From positions 4,278,001 through 4,342,000 of the forward strand of contig CM075991.1 in the NCBI GenBank assembly GCA_038087875.1: 64,000 nt of DNA, given 5' to 3'. Below, piece by piece: positions 13,459-27,736 of the stretch (position 1 is the first letter of the stretch; every line of letters starts with the position of its first letter). The position numbers were made by a program, and so were the translations under genes. This DNA comes from Malacoraja senta. Lineage: Eukaryota. The notes beneath the pieces are model-generated. The model was not told where the DNA came from and made no database searches. It saw nothing but the letters and a program-made list of their open reading frames with translations.

Positions 13459-13780
13459 AATGGCGACGCAGTGGCGCAGCGGTAGAGTTGCAGCCTTGCA
13501 GCGCCAGAGACCCGGGTTCGATCCTGACTACAGGTGCTGTCTGTATGTAGTTTATACGTATACATGCTCCTCGTGAACGAGTGGGTTTTCTCAGGGTGCT
13601 CCGGTTTCCTCCCAAACTACAAAGACGCAAAGGTTTGTAGGTTAATTGGCTCCGGTAAAATTGTAAAAGTGTCCCTAGTGTGTAGGATAGTGGTAGTGTC
13701 ACACCGATCTCTGGTCGGCGTGGACTCAGTGGGCTGGGGGGGGGGGGGGGCTGTTCACCACGTTGGATGTCTAAAGTAAA
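13459..13780 (+). mobile_element. HE1-type V-SINE
   Basis: gtggcgcagcggtagagttgc...gggttcgatcc A/B boxes and gggtgctccggtttcctccc core. Confidence 0.8.
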
Positions 13781-15467
13781 CGAAAGTAACCTCCTCTGCC
13801 TGCACATCATCCATATCTTTTCATTCCCTGCATATCCATGTGCTTATCTGAAAGCCTCTTAAAAACCACTGTTGTGTCTGCTTCCATCACCACCCCTGGA
13901 AGTGTGTTCCAGGCACCCACCACTGTGTCAGTAAACTTGCCCCAACTGTCTCCTTTGAATTTTACCCCTCGCATCTCAAAGATTTGTCCCCCACCATTAA
14001 ACTTTTCCACCCCGTGAAATAGGTTCTAACTGTCCAGCCTATTCTATGCCGCTCATAATTGTATATACTTCTCTCGTGCCTCCAAAGCTCCAGAGAAAAC
14101 AATCCGAGTTTGTTCAACCTCTCTCTATATGTAATACCGTCAAATTTAGATAGACACCAAATGCTGGAGTAACGCAGAAGGCAGCATCTCTGGAGAAAAG
14201 GAATCGGCGACATTTCGGGTCGAAACCCTTCTTCAGTCCCGAGACGCCACCTATTCCTTTTCTCCAGAGATGCTGCCTGGCCCGCTGAGTTACTCCAGCA
14301 TTTTGTGCCTGTCCTCGGTGTAAACCAGCATCTGCACTTCCTTCCTGCACTCTCTAATCTACACAGCATTCTGGTAAACCTCTTCTGTCCCTGCCTCCAC
14401 ATCCTTCATGCAATGGGGCGACCAGATCTGCACACAAACACTCCAAATGCGGCCTAACCAAAGCTCTATAAAAGTGCAACCCTCAATGCTCAGACCGGTG
14501 AAGGCAAGCGTATCATACCATTCTCCAACAAGCTATTTCTGTTGCCACTTATGGTGTGGACCCCAATGTCTGCCACAGAAGGTAGTTGAGGCCAGTTCAT
14601 TGGCTATATTTAAGAGGGAGTTAGATGTGGCCCTTGCGGCTAAAGGGATCAGGGGGTATGGAGAGAAAGCAGGTACAGGATACTGAGTTGGATGATCAGC
14701 CATGATCAGATTGAATGGCGGTGCAGGCTCGAAGGGCCGAATGGCCTACTCCTGCACCTATTTCCTATGTTTCTATCCCCATGTACATCAATGCTATTTA
14801 GGGTCCTATAACTAACTTTATGCGTTGCCCTTACATTTGACCTTATTTATGCTAAACGCAGCATTTTAATAATGTACAAATTGTGTAAATGGGATTTGCG
14901 CAGCATTCTTAGCTCAATCCTCAGATTACGATAAATTAGGAGTAGTCTTGTAATTGAACCTGCGGGGATTGTCTGAGTTAATGCCGCTTCTCCCAGCACC
15001 GCGCAGACAGTTGTAATTAAGAGGGGGTGGCTGGTATTTTGAAGATGTTGGCGAGAATTATTTCATGGGGGTCGCAGCATTTCTGATTCCTTACACGGGG
15101 CTGGGTTTGCAAGCTGTTCGTTAATGAGACAGACTGCCCGATTCGCTCCATAGAGGCAACTGCAGTGTGATCCGCACTGCAGATGCTGCAAGTGTCCTTT
15201 AGGGACAGAATGCACAGGCTATAGCACCAGGCACCTTGCCAAGAAAAAATACTTTTAGGCAAGTTGAAGACTAACTCATTTTCTCGCTCTCTAACCATTG
15301 CAGGAAGCAACTAACTCGTGACTCGACCCGCTTCGGAATACACAGTCTGCCGCTTACCTTGCACGATATTCAGATAAGAATCCCACACTCATTTCCACAC
15401 CTTGCAGCTGGCCAGACAGGATTCCCCGCCTCCCCCTGCCTACTGCGACCCAGCGAAGCAATACATA

Positions 15468-15676
15468 CAAGATAGACACAGAATGCTGGAGTAACACAGC
15501 GGGACAGGCAGCATCTCTGGGTGGAAGGAATGGGTGACGTTTCGAGTCGAGACCCTTCTTCAGTCCCGAAACGTCACCCATTCCTTCTCTCCAGAGATGC
15601 TGCCTGTCCCGCTGAGTTACTCCAGCATTTTGTGTCCATCTTCGGTTTAAACCGGCATCTGCAGTTCCTTCCTACA
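15468..15676. mobile_element. Palindromic Penelope-derived short insert
   Basis: Inverted arms around ccttcttcagtcccgaaacgtc; flanks cgaagcaata(c/a)ata at 15454-15467 and 15677-15690. Confidence 0.75.
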
Positions 15677-18600
15677 CGAAGCAATAAATAGCTATGAGAG
15701 CTGGGAAAATATTTTTCACACAAACTTGTCTCGAAAACTACCGGACTGTCTGGGGTTACCCGCCGGTCTCATTTTGTGTAATTGAGACGGGAGGGGGGAG
15801 GGGGGAGGGGGGAGGGGGGAGGGGGGAGGTGGGGGCGGGCTTGCATTCAAAATTTAAACCCGAATGGTTTTCTTCTGGAAATATCTATAATATATTTCTG
15901 CAGATATTCTGCAACTATCTATAATATCTATCACGTCCAATAAGGCAGTTCAACATCTGGTGCCCCACAGAGATCAGATGCCTTTGAACAGAACATTCGG
16001 TTGAGAAATCTGCAATCTCTTGAATGTACTCTACTAGGTTAAAGATTGGGTCGGAGAATGGCGCAGCTGGTGGAGCTGCTGCCTCACAGCCCGGAGACCC
16101 GGGTTCGATCCTAACCTCGGGTGCTGTCTTGTGTGGTGTTTGCACGTTCTCCCTGTGGCCGCGTGTCTGAGAAAGATGGGATATCATAGAACTAGTTTAA
16201 ACGGGTGATCGAAGGTATCTTTCAAGCAATCAGATGTACAAAGTGTGAAGAAAGGTCCCGACCCGAAATATCACCCAGCCTGTATCATCCAGCTGCCTGT
16301 CCCGTTGAGTTACTGTAGACAAAAATGCTGGAGAAACTCAGCGAAGGAAATAGGCAACGTTTCGGGCCGAAACCCTTCTTCAGACAGAGTTACTCCAGCA
16401 CTTTTGCATCACCTGCAGTTCCTTCCTACCACTCGGTTCAAGTCACATTGGCGGGGGACGGGGTTCAAAATTAAAATGAGAAATAGATTTGGACGGTGAA
16501 AGTAATTAATTGCACACATTTTGTGTCAATTCGGCCAGGCACTATATCGGGCCGAGTGTGCCCGAGTGGCTACCGCCTTTAATGATCCTTGTGGTAGCTG
16601 CAGTGAACGCATGGACACGCCCCCAGTCATTTCCCAGCGCGGCCTCGGCCAAGCGAATTACTGTGAAACCACCGCCTCCCACAAGCCCTCTGCAGTGGGC
16701 GATCTATATCTCTCTTCCGCACACTCATGCACATAATTTGCAACAAATCCCGTTCTCCGAGACACCTGCAGCTTGTACCAGCAACGAGCGAGGATCAATG
16801 CTTGAAGAGACCGTCTCCAAATGTCTGACTCTCACCAAAGCGTTCAGTATGACTGGCAACGAAGAGGTAGAAGAGGCAAGGAACTGCAGATGCTGTATTT
16901 ATTTTTTTAAACACAAAGTGCTGGAGTAACTCAGCGAGTCAGGCAGTCATAAAGCCATAAGTGATAGGGGCAGAATTAGGCCATTCAGCCCATCAAGTCC
17001 ACTCAAGTCTATAGTATTTCTGGAGAACATGGATAGGTGATGTTTTGGGTCGGGGTCCTTCTTCAGACTGACAATTGTTTCCTGGTCAAAGGGGCAAGGA
17101 CATTTGACTTATTTGTACACCAATTCATAAGCTCATAGGAACATAAATAGGCCATTCGGCCCATGCAGTCTACTCCGCCATTCAATCATGGCTGAACAAT
17201 CCCTCACAGCAATCACAATCCGTCCTGCCTTCTCCCCGTAGCCCCTGAGACCAATATAAGAATCAGTCAATCTCCGTTTTAAAAATACCCAATGACATGG
17301 CCTCCACGGCAGTCGGTGGCATTGAATTCCACAGATACACCACCTCGTTTCTGAAGGCAGGTCCTTTTATTCTGAAGCTGAATTTGCTTTTATGATTTAA
17401 ATTTCTTGAAAAGGAAAGAATTCTTCACGGCCAATTAAATACTCAAAGCTAAGATTATTAAAATCTGATAAAAATCAAAACCTTTCCACAACGGGGTTCC
17501 TAACACTCCAAGTGTTTTACAACCAATGAAGTATTGCTAATGCAGAAATGCATTGGTGCAAAGCGGGCTGCCACAGTGACAGGGAAGAATGCTGGAAGTG
17601 AGGAGAGGCAGGACAAAGCCTCAGAATTAAAGGACGTTCTTTTAGGAAGGAGGTGAGGAGGAATTTATTTCGTCAGACGGTGGCGAATCTGTGGAATTCT
17701 TTGCCATAGAAGGCTGTGGAGGCAAAGTCTGTGGATATATTTAAGGCAGAAATAGATAAATTCTTGATTTGGACGGGTGTCAGAGGTTATGGGGAGAAGG
17801 CAGGAGAATGGGTTTAGGAGGGAGAGATATATCAGCCATGATTTAATGGCGGAGTAGACTTGATGGGCTGAATGGCCTAATTCTACTGCTATCACATGAT
17901 TTTATGAAAGCATGGTAGGTACTAGGTGAACACAGGTGAGGGGTGCGGTGGGAGGTTTGATCGGCAGAGGGTAAAATGGTACTTTATGGTACTTTATTTG
18001 CCACAGGTACAGTGAATTTCATTTTTGTAGGCAATTCAGTACAAGCATCCCTACACATAAGCACTTAGATACATCTTAGATAAACATCTCAGTTACAGCA
18101 CAAGTGCTTAGCAGTCGTACATTGAGACAGTATACAGAGTTGCCAGTTTTGGTGTCATTTTCAAGCCGCAAAGGCTAAAGGTTGGACAAAGGCCGTGCGA
18201 CAAAATAATTGAAAAGCTGCAAAGTGTGAAGCCGGAGGAACGAATGTAGGTGATTGTTTTTGTGTGGGATGTTCTATGATAGGTGATGGGCAAAAAATAT
18301 GAAAGGGTGTATGGGGAAATATCCTTCAGAATGTTTGCACAGTTTTGAGCACAGTTGAGCTTGTAATTCCTCCCCAGGTAAAAATGTCTGGCAACATCTC
18401 TGACAATGCAGCATTCCCTTGGCAGTAATCATCTTCCAGACTCAGTGCCAAGAGTGTTATCCACTAAGGCACAACAGACATGATGATTAGTAGGAATCAG
18501 TCTGCAAAAGGAATCCAGCTACACATTGTACCTTGGGACCACTCAGCATAAGGGCCAGCCTTCCAAACGCATGTCCCCCTTGCCTGCCACCTCTTCTGTG

Positions 18601-18819
18601 AAGATGTGGATGTAAACGGAGACACTAAATAATATTTTGGCCATTTTCTTGCTCACGTATTCCAGCAGAAAGAACAAATAATGTAAAAAATCCTACCAGT
18701 GTGGCTGAGGATTTGAGCTAAATAAATGACAAAACGATGAATGAATCAGCTGCGAAGATGAAACTGACTGACTTGGCATCAAGGGATATCTCCCTTACTC
18801 GTTACGGCAGACACAACAA

Positions 18820-19133
18820 GGGTGGCATGGTGGCGCAGCGGTAGAGTTGCTGCCTTACAGTGCTTGCAGCGCCCGAGACCCGGGTTCTGTCCCGAGTACA
18901 GGTGCTGTCTGTATGGAGTTTGTACATTCTCCCCGTGACCACATGGGTTTTCTCTGAGATCTTCCTCCCACACACCAAAGACGTACAGGTTTGTAGATTA
19001 ATTGGCTGGTATAAGTGTGTAAATTGTCCCTAATGCGTGTAGGATAGTGTTAATGTGTGAGGGTCACTGGTCGTTGCAGACCCCGTGTCCCGAAGGGACC
19101 AGTCTCCGCGCTGTATCACTAAACTAAACTAAA
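18820..19133 (+). mobile_element. HE1-type V-SINE
   Basis: Full head, core and tail ending in ctaaactaaactaa. Confidence 0.8.
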
Positions 19134-22100
19134 ATGGTTGACTCTAACCCAACTTCAATCCATAATCAATTTGCTGTAGACAATGTAACAATGTAGCAGC
19201 CATGATCACATTGAATGGCGGTGCTGGCTCGAAGGGCCAAATGGCCTCCTCCTGCACCTATTGTCTATTGTAACACACGCTGTCCTCTCCTTCAAGAGTA
19301 ATAATATGCCAAGGTCTAGATTACTGGGATTCATGAGATGTGGTGGTCTCTACATGGTGAACAACATCCCTTTTTGTGTTGGCTTTTCCCGCTCCAAGTC
19401 ATCCAGCACGATAAATCGGGATCATCGGGGAGATGCACAGAGTCTCTTGCTGAGAGCAGCGGAATCAAGAACCAGAGGATATGGGTTTAAGGTGAGGGGA
19501 GAAAGATTTAATAGGAACCTGAGGGGTAAACACACAGAAGGTGGTGGGTGTATGGAGCAAGCTGTCGGAGGAGGTAGTTGAGACAGGTAGTATCGCAGTG
19601 TTTAAGAAACATTTGGACAGTCACATAGATAGGACAGGTTTAGAGGGATATGGGCCAAATGCAGGCAGGTGAGACTAGTGTAGATGGGACACGTTGGTTG
19701 GTGTGGGCAAGTTGGGCCGAAGGCCCTATTTCTACATTGTTTGACTCTATTACTGTGACCATCTAAGTATAAAGATAAGAGAAAATGACCTTGGCCTTAA
19801 CAATCAAACTTCTGATCCAAGTCTAAATACCACTGCAATATTGAAGGTTATTAATAAATAATCAGCACTCCAGGCAAGATCGGAGAGATAAAATTAAAGA
19901 CAGCCATTCATTAATTCTTGATCACAGTGAACAGAACTGAGCAAATATATTGTTGAAATGAACTGAAAATGAAGCAGCTCCTTTGCTGTTCTTGCAGGAC
20001 ATAATTTATTCAGTATGTCCTTAATAGTAGTTAAAATTGAACCATTCCTAACTTCACGGAACCAGATTAATGTGCTGGAGAATGGACACTAACCAGTTTT
20101 TAGTTTTAGATATACAGCGTGGCACTGGGGACAATTTACAGAAGCCAATTAACCTCGAAACCTGCACGTCATTGGAATGTGGGAGGAAACCGGAGCACCC
20201 AGAGAAAACCCAGGATGAATGTATAAACTCTGTACAGACAGCACCCAAGTTCAGGATTGAGCACGGGTCTCTTCATCTGTGAAGCACCAATTCTATCGCT
20301 GCGCCACTGTGCCACCCTCATTTAAGAAACATTTAGACAGGTACATAGATGGGACAGGTTTAGAGGGATATGGGCCAAATGCAGGCAGGTGGAACTAATG
20401 TAGATGGGACATGTTGAACGGTGTGGGCAGGTTGGGCTGAAGGACATGTTTCCACGCTGTATGACGCTATGACTCCATAACTCTGTGACTCCTAACTTAA
20501 TGCGTCTTTAATTTATCAATAGCTTCCGCATGCTTGTACTGAAAGCTTGTACTGAAAGCTGTTCTCATGGCACAGAAATGGGACCTTTCGCCCACCGTAA
20601 CCATTCTGCTTTTATTGTTCATCTATATTAATCCCATTTGCCGACATTAGGTCCATATCCTTTTAGCCTTGCCTATTTGTCTCTCTTTAAATGCCTCTTA
20701 AACATAATGGTTGTAATTCTCCTGTCAGCATGTTCCAGATTTCAACCTCTCTGTGTGTAAAGGAACTTTCTCCTCAGATCCCTTCCTCTCACCTAAACCT
20801 ATGCTCTCTAGTTGTTGATACCCCTAAGATGGGAAAAAGGATCTGACTATCTACCTTATTTACACCTCCCATAATTTACTGTGCCTCCAGCAGAAATATT
20901 CCTCCCTGAGATCGGTCTCTTTCACTACAGCAAAACAAGCCCAGCCCATCCAATCCCTTCCTGTAAATTTCTCCATCCAGCCAACATCCCGGTGACCATG
21001 TAGAAACAAGGAACTGCAGATGCTAGATACGAAGGAAAGACACAAGACCCACTGGAGTAGCTCTGCGGGTCAGGCAGCATCCCTGGAGAACATGGATAGG
21101 TGACGTTTTGAGTCGGGACCCTTCTTAAGACTGATTGCAGGGGGGGGTGGGGATAAAGAAAGTCACAAGGGTCACTCTACTGCACTGTTCTAGCTCTCTC
21201 CCCTCTCCCCTGCAACCAGTCTGAAGAAGGGGCTTGACTCGAAAAGTCACCTATCCATGTTCTCCAGTGATGCTGCATGACGCGCTGAGTTACTCCAGCA
21301 TTTTGTGTCTGATCCCAGTGACCAGACCTGTCATATGATATTTGCTGACTTTCCCTTTGTGTACAACATACCACAGACAGAAAGCACTGTAAGATGTCTG
21401 GGCGACTTGCATTCACTTGAAAGTGCCTTTGGGCAGCTGTAAAGCACCTTGATGACCTTGTGGACATGGAATCTATCCATAGATTCAAGTTATTTTAGTC
21501 TTTTGAATGTATCACCTCAAAGGTGGTTGGACTGAGATGTTACAGCAAGTGCCAGTGAGGAAGGGCTCCTACATGTAATAAACCTTTAGATCGACTGCCC
21601 TGTCCACCATCGGCTCTGACCTCCCCACCATCGAAGAGATCTATCTCAATCGCTGCCTCAAAAAGGCTGCCAGCATCATCAAGGACCCACACCATCCTGG
21701 CCACACACTCATCTCTCCGTTGCCATCGGGAAGAAGGTACAGGAGCTTGAAATCTGGAACATCCAGGTTCAGGAACAGCTACTTCCCCACAGCTGTCAGG
21801 CTATTAAACTCGCCATCAAACAAACTCTGAACAATAACAGCCTATTGCACTTCATCTGTTTATTTATTGTGTATATATATGGTCTATGGTATATAGACAC
21901 ACTGAATATTTATTTCCTGTTCCGTATTATGTTTGCATATTCTGTTGTGCTGCAGCAAGCAAGAATTTCATAGTCCTATCTGGGACACATGACATTAAAA
22001 CTCTATTGACTCTTGACTCTTGATGAGTAACTAGGGTTTTTCGAAAGCCTGGGATGTCTCAGGAACCCCTTTCCCAGCTGTTTTGATCACCATTCTCAAT

Positions 22101-22426
22101 GTTCCATTTCAGTGGCCTGGTGTTAAAATCAGCGATTTGTACATTAAAGGCATTAAATCAGTGCAAGCTTTTATGGTTGGCAATATGGGCCAGAGAGAAT
22201 TGCAGAGCATCTTAGGCCTAGGTCGTACGCTTCAGAGACCTGGAAGTTGTAAAATGGCACCGGTTTGAGCAATCAGTTGGCGATCTCAATGTTTATTACA
22301 TGTAGGGGCCCCTCCTCACTGACACCTGCGACTCTCTGTATGCTGATCGTATTCCTGTGTGGTCATGTTTTGACAGGCAGAAAGCAGAACATGCATTTCT
22401 GTACACATGACTGGCTGTAAAGAAAG

Positions 22427-22745
22427 GGGTGGCACGCTGGTGCAATGGTAGAGTTGCAGCCTTACAGCACCAGAGATGTGGGTTCGATCCTGATGACGGG
22501 TACTGTCCGCATGGAGTTTGTGCGTTCATTCCCCCTGTGACCGTGTGGGTTTTCTCCAGGAGCTCCAGTTTCCTCACACATTCCAAGGACATACAGGTTT
22601 GTAAGTTAATTTGCTTCGGTAAAAATGGGTAAATTGTCCCTAGTGTGTTGGGTAGTGCTAGAGTATGGGATGATTGCTGGTCGGCGTGGACTTGGTGGGC
22701 CGAAGAGCTCTGTACTGTATCTGTAAACTCAACTAAACCAAACCA
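22427..22745 (+). mobile_element. HE1-type V-SINE
   Basis: Same consensus as the other copies. Confidence 0.8.
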
Positions 22746-25461
22746 AACTAATGAAACCAAGTATAGATCTCTACACGGTGCAATGAAGTGCGGTAGGGGT
22801 TTGGGATGGTGGAGGGAGGACGTGGAAGGAGAATTGAGAGATTGTATAATTGTACCTTGGTGAGAAAATAATAGATAAAGCAACAGTACAACGTTCTCCT
22901 TGGAAAATTAACGGCCTTCGTTCTCGGAATTGCATTGTGGAATCCCTGGAGCTGAATAGGCGAAGTGGGATCTAATCCTTATTGTAAGCGGATCAAACTC
23001 CCATTCAAGCAATGCAGCTGCAATATCAGTAAGTAACTACAAATGACAGAGGGCAGTGTAACTGTTAGATGAAATTCAATCAGCTCTCTCTCCTCAGTGT
23101 GCTGAGTGAGGCACTTACATCACCGGGATATGGATCTGGACAAAGACCGGCCTCTCACTCACATAATCTCTGCCTTAGAGCAGTACATCGCATGCTCTCG
23201 TTCATTTGTGTCGATGGAAGTAACTGGCTTCGGTGGCTGGCTGGTCCCTCTGTACACCAAGAAATAACACATAAAACAGCATAAACCATTCCCAGCTTAT
23301 GTGTTAATTTTGTCCCATTCATTAAAAAAAATTTATACAGGTAAAGGGATGGGACAGGTTTTGAGGGATGTGGGCCAAATGCAGGCAGATTGGACTGGAT
23401 GGGACATGTTGGCTGGCGTGGGAAAGTTGGGGGCGAAGGACCTGTTTCCACACTGTAAGACTCTATGACACTATTCCACCTGCAGCGTATTCTTCCCTCT
23501 GGCCACATTTCACTCCTCTTTTCTCCTTACCTGACACACTTTTCTCTCCTTTTTTCCTCTTCTCACTTTCTCCACCCTTCTACCAACCAATCCACCCCCT
23601 CACCTATATGCACCCATCCCTTGCCTGCCTTTGTCCCACTCCCTATCTTTTGTTTAGTTTAGAGATACAGCGGTTAAATAGGCCCTTCGGCCCACCAATA
23701 CCTCTTTTAGATCTTTCTTCCCCCGACTACGATCAGTCTGAAGAAGGGTCCTGACACGAAACATCACCTATCCATGTTTTCCAGAGATGCTGCCTGACCC
23801 ACTGAGTTACTCCAGCATTCAGTCTTTCACGCATTCATTCATTTGCTCGCCACCATTTCAGAAATATTGCTCCTTCACAAAACACAAAGTGCTGGAAGAT
23901 CTCAGCAGGTCAGGCAGCATCTGGGGTGGGAATGGACAAATGAAGTTTGGGTTTTGGTCCCTTCCTCAATGCCTTCATATTGCCAGGTCCATTGAGTCCC
24001 TCCAGCACTTTGTGTTTTACTCAAGATCCCAGCATCTGCAGTCTTTTGCATCTTCATACATCATCCCTCACATTCTCTGCTACTGAACCCTAACTTGCCT
24101 TCTGTCTTTCCCACTATTGACAAAGTGTCTCGGACCTGAAACTTAACACTGTATCCCTTTCCACAGATGCTGTCTGACATGTTGAGTGTTTCTGTTTCTT
24201 ATCAGATTTCCAGCAGTTTTTGTTTTGTTATTTTAACAACTCTCCTAGATTTGGCCTGGTCCAAATTGTTCCAGATGGTTTTACAACCTGTTTTGCTGGA
24301 TGTTAATGCATCGTAAGGAAATGCAGGTTTAAGAATTAGGAGCAGTAGGAGTCTGTGCATTGATCCATGGAAAGATCACAGTTGATTTCAAACTTCAGCC
24401 CCATTTTACTGCCTGGTCCTTATATCGCTCGGTTCCCTGTCTTTCCAGCCACCTCAGCGCTTATGCACCCAGCACTGAGTGAGATAGTTAAACGAGATCC
24501 ACTTTGAGGTGTACAAAATCATGAGAGGAATAGATTGGGTGATCAGGATTCCCTTGCACAGAGTGTGGGAATCAAGAACTAGAGGGCATAGGTTTAAGGT
24601 GAAGGGGGAATTTTTTTATCGGAATCCGAGGGGTAACATTTTCACACAAAGGGTGGTGGGTGTATGGAACCAGCAGCCAGAGGAGGTAGTTGAGGCTGGG
24701 ACTATCGCAACGTTTTAGAAGCAATTAGACAGGTACGTGGTTTGGGCAGGTTTAGAGGGAAATGGGCCAAACGCAGGCAAGTGGGACGTGTAGATTAGAC
24801 ATATTGGTCGGTATGGGCAAGTTGGGCCGAAGGGCCTATTTGCACGCTGTATGACTATGACTAAGTGGGGTTGAAATTTGTCCTTCGCGGTTTGCTGTTG
24901 TGTCCAATAGAATCGAATTTCCTGACTAGGTGGCGCAGCGGCACAGCGGGCAGAACCGCAGCCTCATCGCGCCTGAGTCCCGGGTTCGATCCTGACCTCG
25001 GGTGCTGGAGTTCGCCACAGAGGTTTCGCTTTCATCTCACAAGCGGGTTGGCAGGTTAAGTGATCGCCTTAAATTGCCCAGTGTGTAGTTCACATATAGA
25101 TTACATGTTACACATATGAAGTGTGCTGCTGCAAGTAAGTAAATGGCATTGTTTCGTTTCGGCCCATCATCATATGATAATAATAAAACACTCTTGAGAA
25201 CGTGAGAGTGAAATGGGCGTTGGATGGTCTTTGTCCATGCTGTATAACTCTCCCTAAAAAACCCAGAATAGAAGGGTCTCGACTCGAAAAGTCACCCATT
25301 CGTTCTCTCCAGAGATGCTGCCTGTCCCGCTGAGTTACTCCAGCATTCTGTGTCTATCTGTAGAAATCTTTACATACCGTCTATAACAGACATCAATCTG
25401 AAGTTTAATGTCATCATATGTCAAGCATCACACTGCGGAATTATGGACAAACACCAGACCA

Positions 25462-25965
25462 GAAACAAGGAACTGCGGATGTGTAGGAAGGAACTGTAGG
25501 TGCTGGTTTATACTGAAGATAGACACAACATGCTGGAGTAACTCGTGTTAAAGAAGGAACTGCAGATGCTGGAAAATCGAAGGTACACAAAAAAATGCTG
25601 GAGAAACTCAGCGGGTGCAGCAGCATCTATGGAGCGAAGGAAATAGGTAACGTTCTTCAGACTGAAGAAGGGTTTCGGCCCGAAACGTTACCTATTTCCT
25701 TCGCTCCATAGATGCTGCTGCACCCGCTGAGTTTCTCCAGCATTTTTTTGTGTACCATGCTGGAGTAACTCAGCGGGTCTGGTATTCAGTCTATAGGAGT
25801 GTCTCGACCCGAAACGTCGCCTGTTCCTTATCTCCAGAGACGCTGCTGAAAGAACTGCAGATGCTTGTTAATAGACAGAAAGTACTGGAGCAACTCAGGG
25901 GGTTAGGCGCTATCTCCGGGGAACATGGATAGGTGACGTTTCGGAATCGAGATCCTTCTTCAGAT
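25462..25965. mobile_element. Three nested Penelope-derived short elements
   Basis: Innermost 25545-25755, flanked by catgctggagtaactc at 25529-25544 and 25756-25771; outer duplication gaactgc(g/a)gatg. Confidence 0.7.
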
Positions 25966-26573
25966 ACTTTAGAGAAATAACACAACTACACTTAAAGACC
26001 CCGGCTGAACGTATAGAGTGGGATTCAGTCAATTGTCTGTAGTTTTCGTGTCGTCTGAAGAAGTGTCTCGACTCGAAATGTCACCCATTCCTTCTATCCA
26101 GAGATGTTGCCTGTCCCGCTGAGTTACTCCAGCATTTGGTGTCTATCTTCTGGCCTTTCGATCGCTTGATCCTCTTCGCAGTACAAGACTGGGTCAGGCA
26201 ATATGTCCAGTACAATTACAGACAGGAAAAAACCTGGGATAGAAGACCTCAGTCGTAACCTCTGTCCAGCGGTGCCACGTGCATTTTCGGTTTACATTTC
26301 TGAATCTCCACATCTTTATTAAAATAATAATTTGTCTTAAGTAGATCAGCCTCTGCAAAATTACACCATTGATTCTCCCTAAAATCTCCAGTCAAAGCCG
26401 CCCCGAATCTCTCAACCCACTAATTACCCACCATGTTTCTCGGGCAGGCTTTTTTTCTCCTGTTTTATTCACGGAGCTTTGGACAATTTGGCCATTTTAA
26501 TACAACGCGGCTGGGTCGGGGGCGTACGGTTGGCACACGCCGAGATGCGTTGAATTGGGAAGGGCATGGGGTT

Positions 26574-26668
26574 AGTCTGAAGAAGGGTTTCGGCCCGAAA
26601 CGTTACCCATTTCCTTCGCTCCATAGATGCTGCTGCACCCGCTGAGTTTCTCCAGCATTTTTGTGTAC
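26574..26668 (+). mobile_element. Single-arm Penelope-derived insert beginning at the hammerhead core, about 1.2 kb upstream of NEFL
   Basis: CTGAAGAAGGGTTTCGGCCCGAAACGTT at 26577-26604; direct repeat catggggttagtctg at 26565-26579 and 26669-26683. Confidence 0.75.
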
Positions 26669-27736
26669 CATGGGGTTAGTCTGGCTGTGCAGAGTCGCCC
26701 AAACCCTCTCCGCCAGGCTGCAATGTCAAAGATGCAGCAGTTTTCGACATGGCGAGATTTGCCATCGCCTTTCAGGTCTGGGTAACAATTGCAACAAAAC
26801 TGGGTCCGCTTCCCCCCCCCCCCCCCCCTCCCCTCCCTCCCCTCCCTCCCCTCCCTCCCCTTCAAACAATGACTTGTCCACAACGGGTGTCGGCCGCCAG
26901 ACTCCCTCGTACATTAAATCCGACAATTACCCCCTCTACACATCTGCATTCATATCACCGGGACATTCTGCCCGATTATTTTTTTTAAACAGCTTATAAT
27001 GCTCAAATTGTATTCTCGACATCAACACGCTTTGAAGTGAGAGTCCAACAACTCATGTTATAATCAAAATAAAAATATTTGCTCTTTAATCCACTGTAAG
27101 CTTAACTCCAGCTCTCCTTGATCTGGATGTCACTGACACGATTTTATCATTATCTATCCGAACTAATCTCCTTTATGCTGCAAACACCTTAATTGGGTCG
27201 CTTGTGTTATCTTACACATAGAACACGTCGTGGATTCGAACCGGTTCCCGGGGACGTAGAGCATTGTGTAGTGGGAGGACAAAGGAATGCGGGGAGGGAG
27301 GAATGGGGTGGGGTGGGGGTTAGGGTTAAGGAAGGCTCCCGTGCTCACTGAATCTCCCGGCTATTGCGCCGCTGGGTGGGGAGGGGGGATTTAAAATATC
27401 TAACAGGGAGGAGGGGGGGGCAGGCAAGGGTTAAGTCACAGGATACGGGGACGGGGCTGGTTTTATGCAGGGGAACATAATATGGGGTGCGGTGGAGAGG
27501 GGTTTCAAGACTGGAGCTTGTTCCAGAGCAGTGGGGGCAGACATTGGGGCAGCAACCCAGAAACGAGTTGCCGCAGAAGGCACCATTTTGAGTGGAATAT
27601 CCGGGCTGTATCAAATTTCTACCGAGACTGGAATTGCATTGATTCGGACACCAGTTTTGTTTGCTCGGCGCGATTGGAGCCCGTCAGCTTTCTGTTAGTG
27701 GGCGTGTGCAGTATCGATCTGACTGGTGAAAGAGGC

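Noticed and set aside
14992..15012. RE1/NRSE-like CCCAGCACCGCGCAGACAG, and TTCAGCACAGACAG at about 7533
   Set aside because: The right half-site and spacing do not match the canonical RE1
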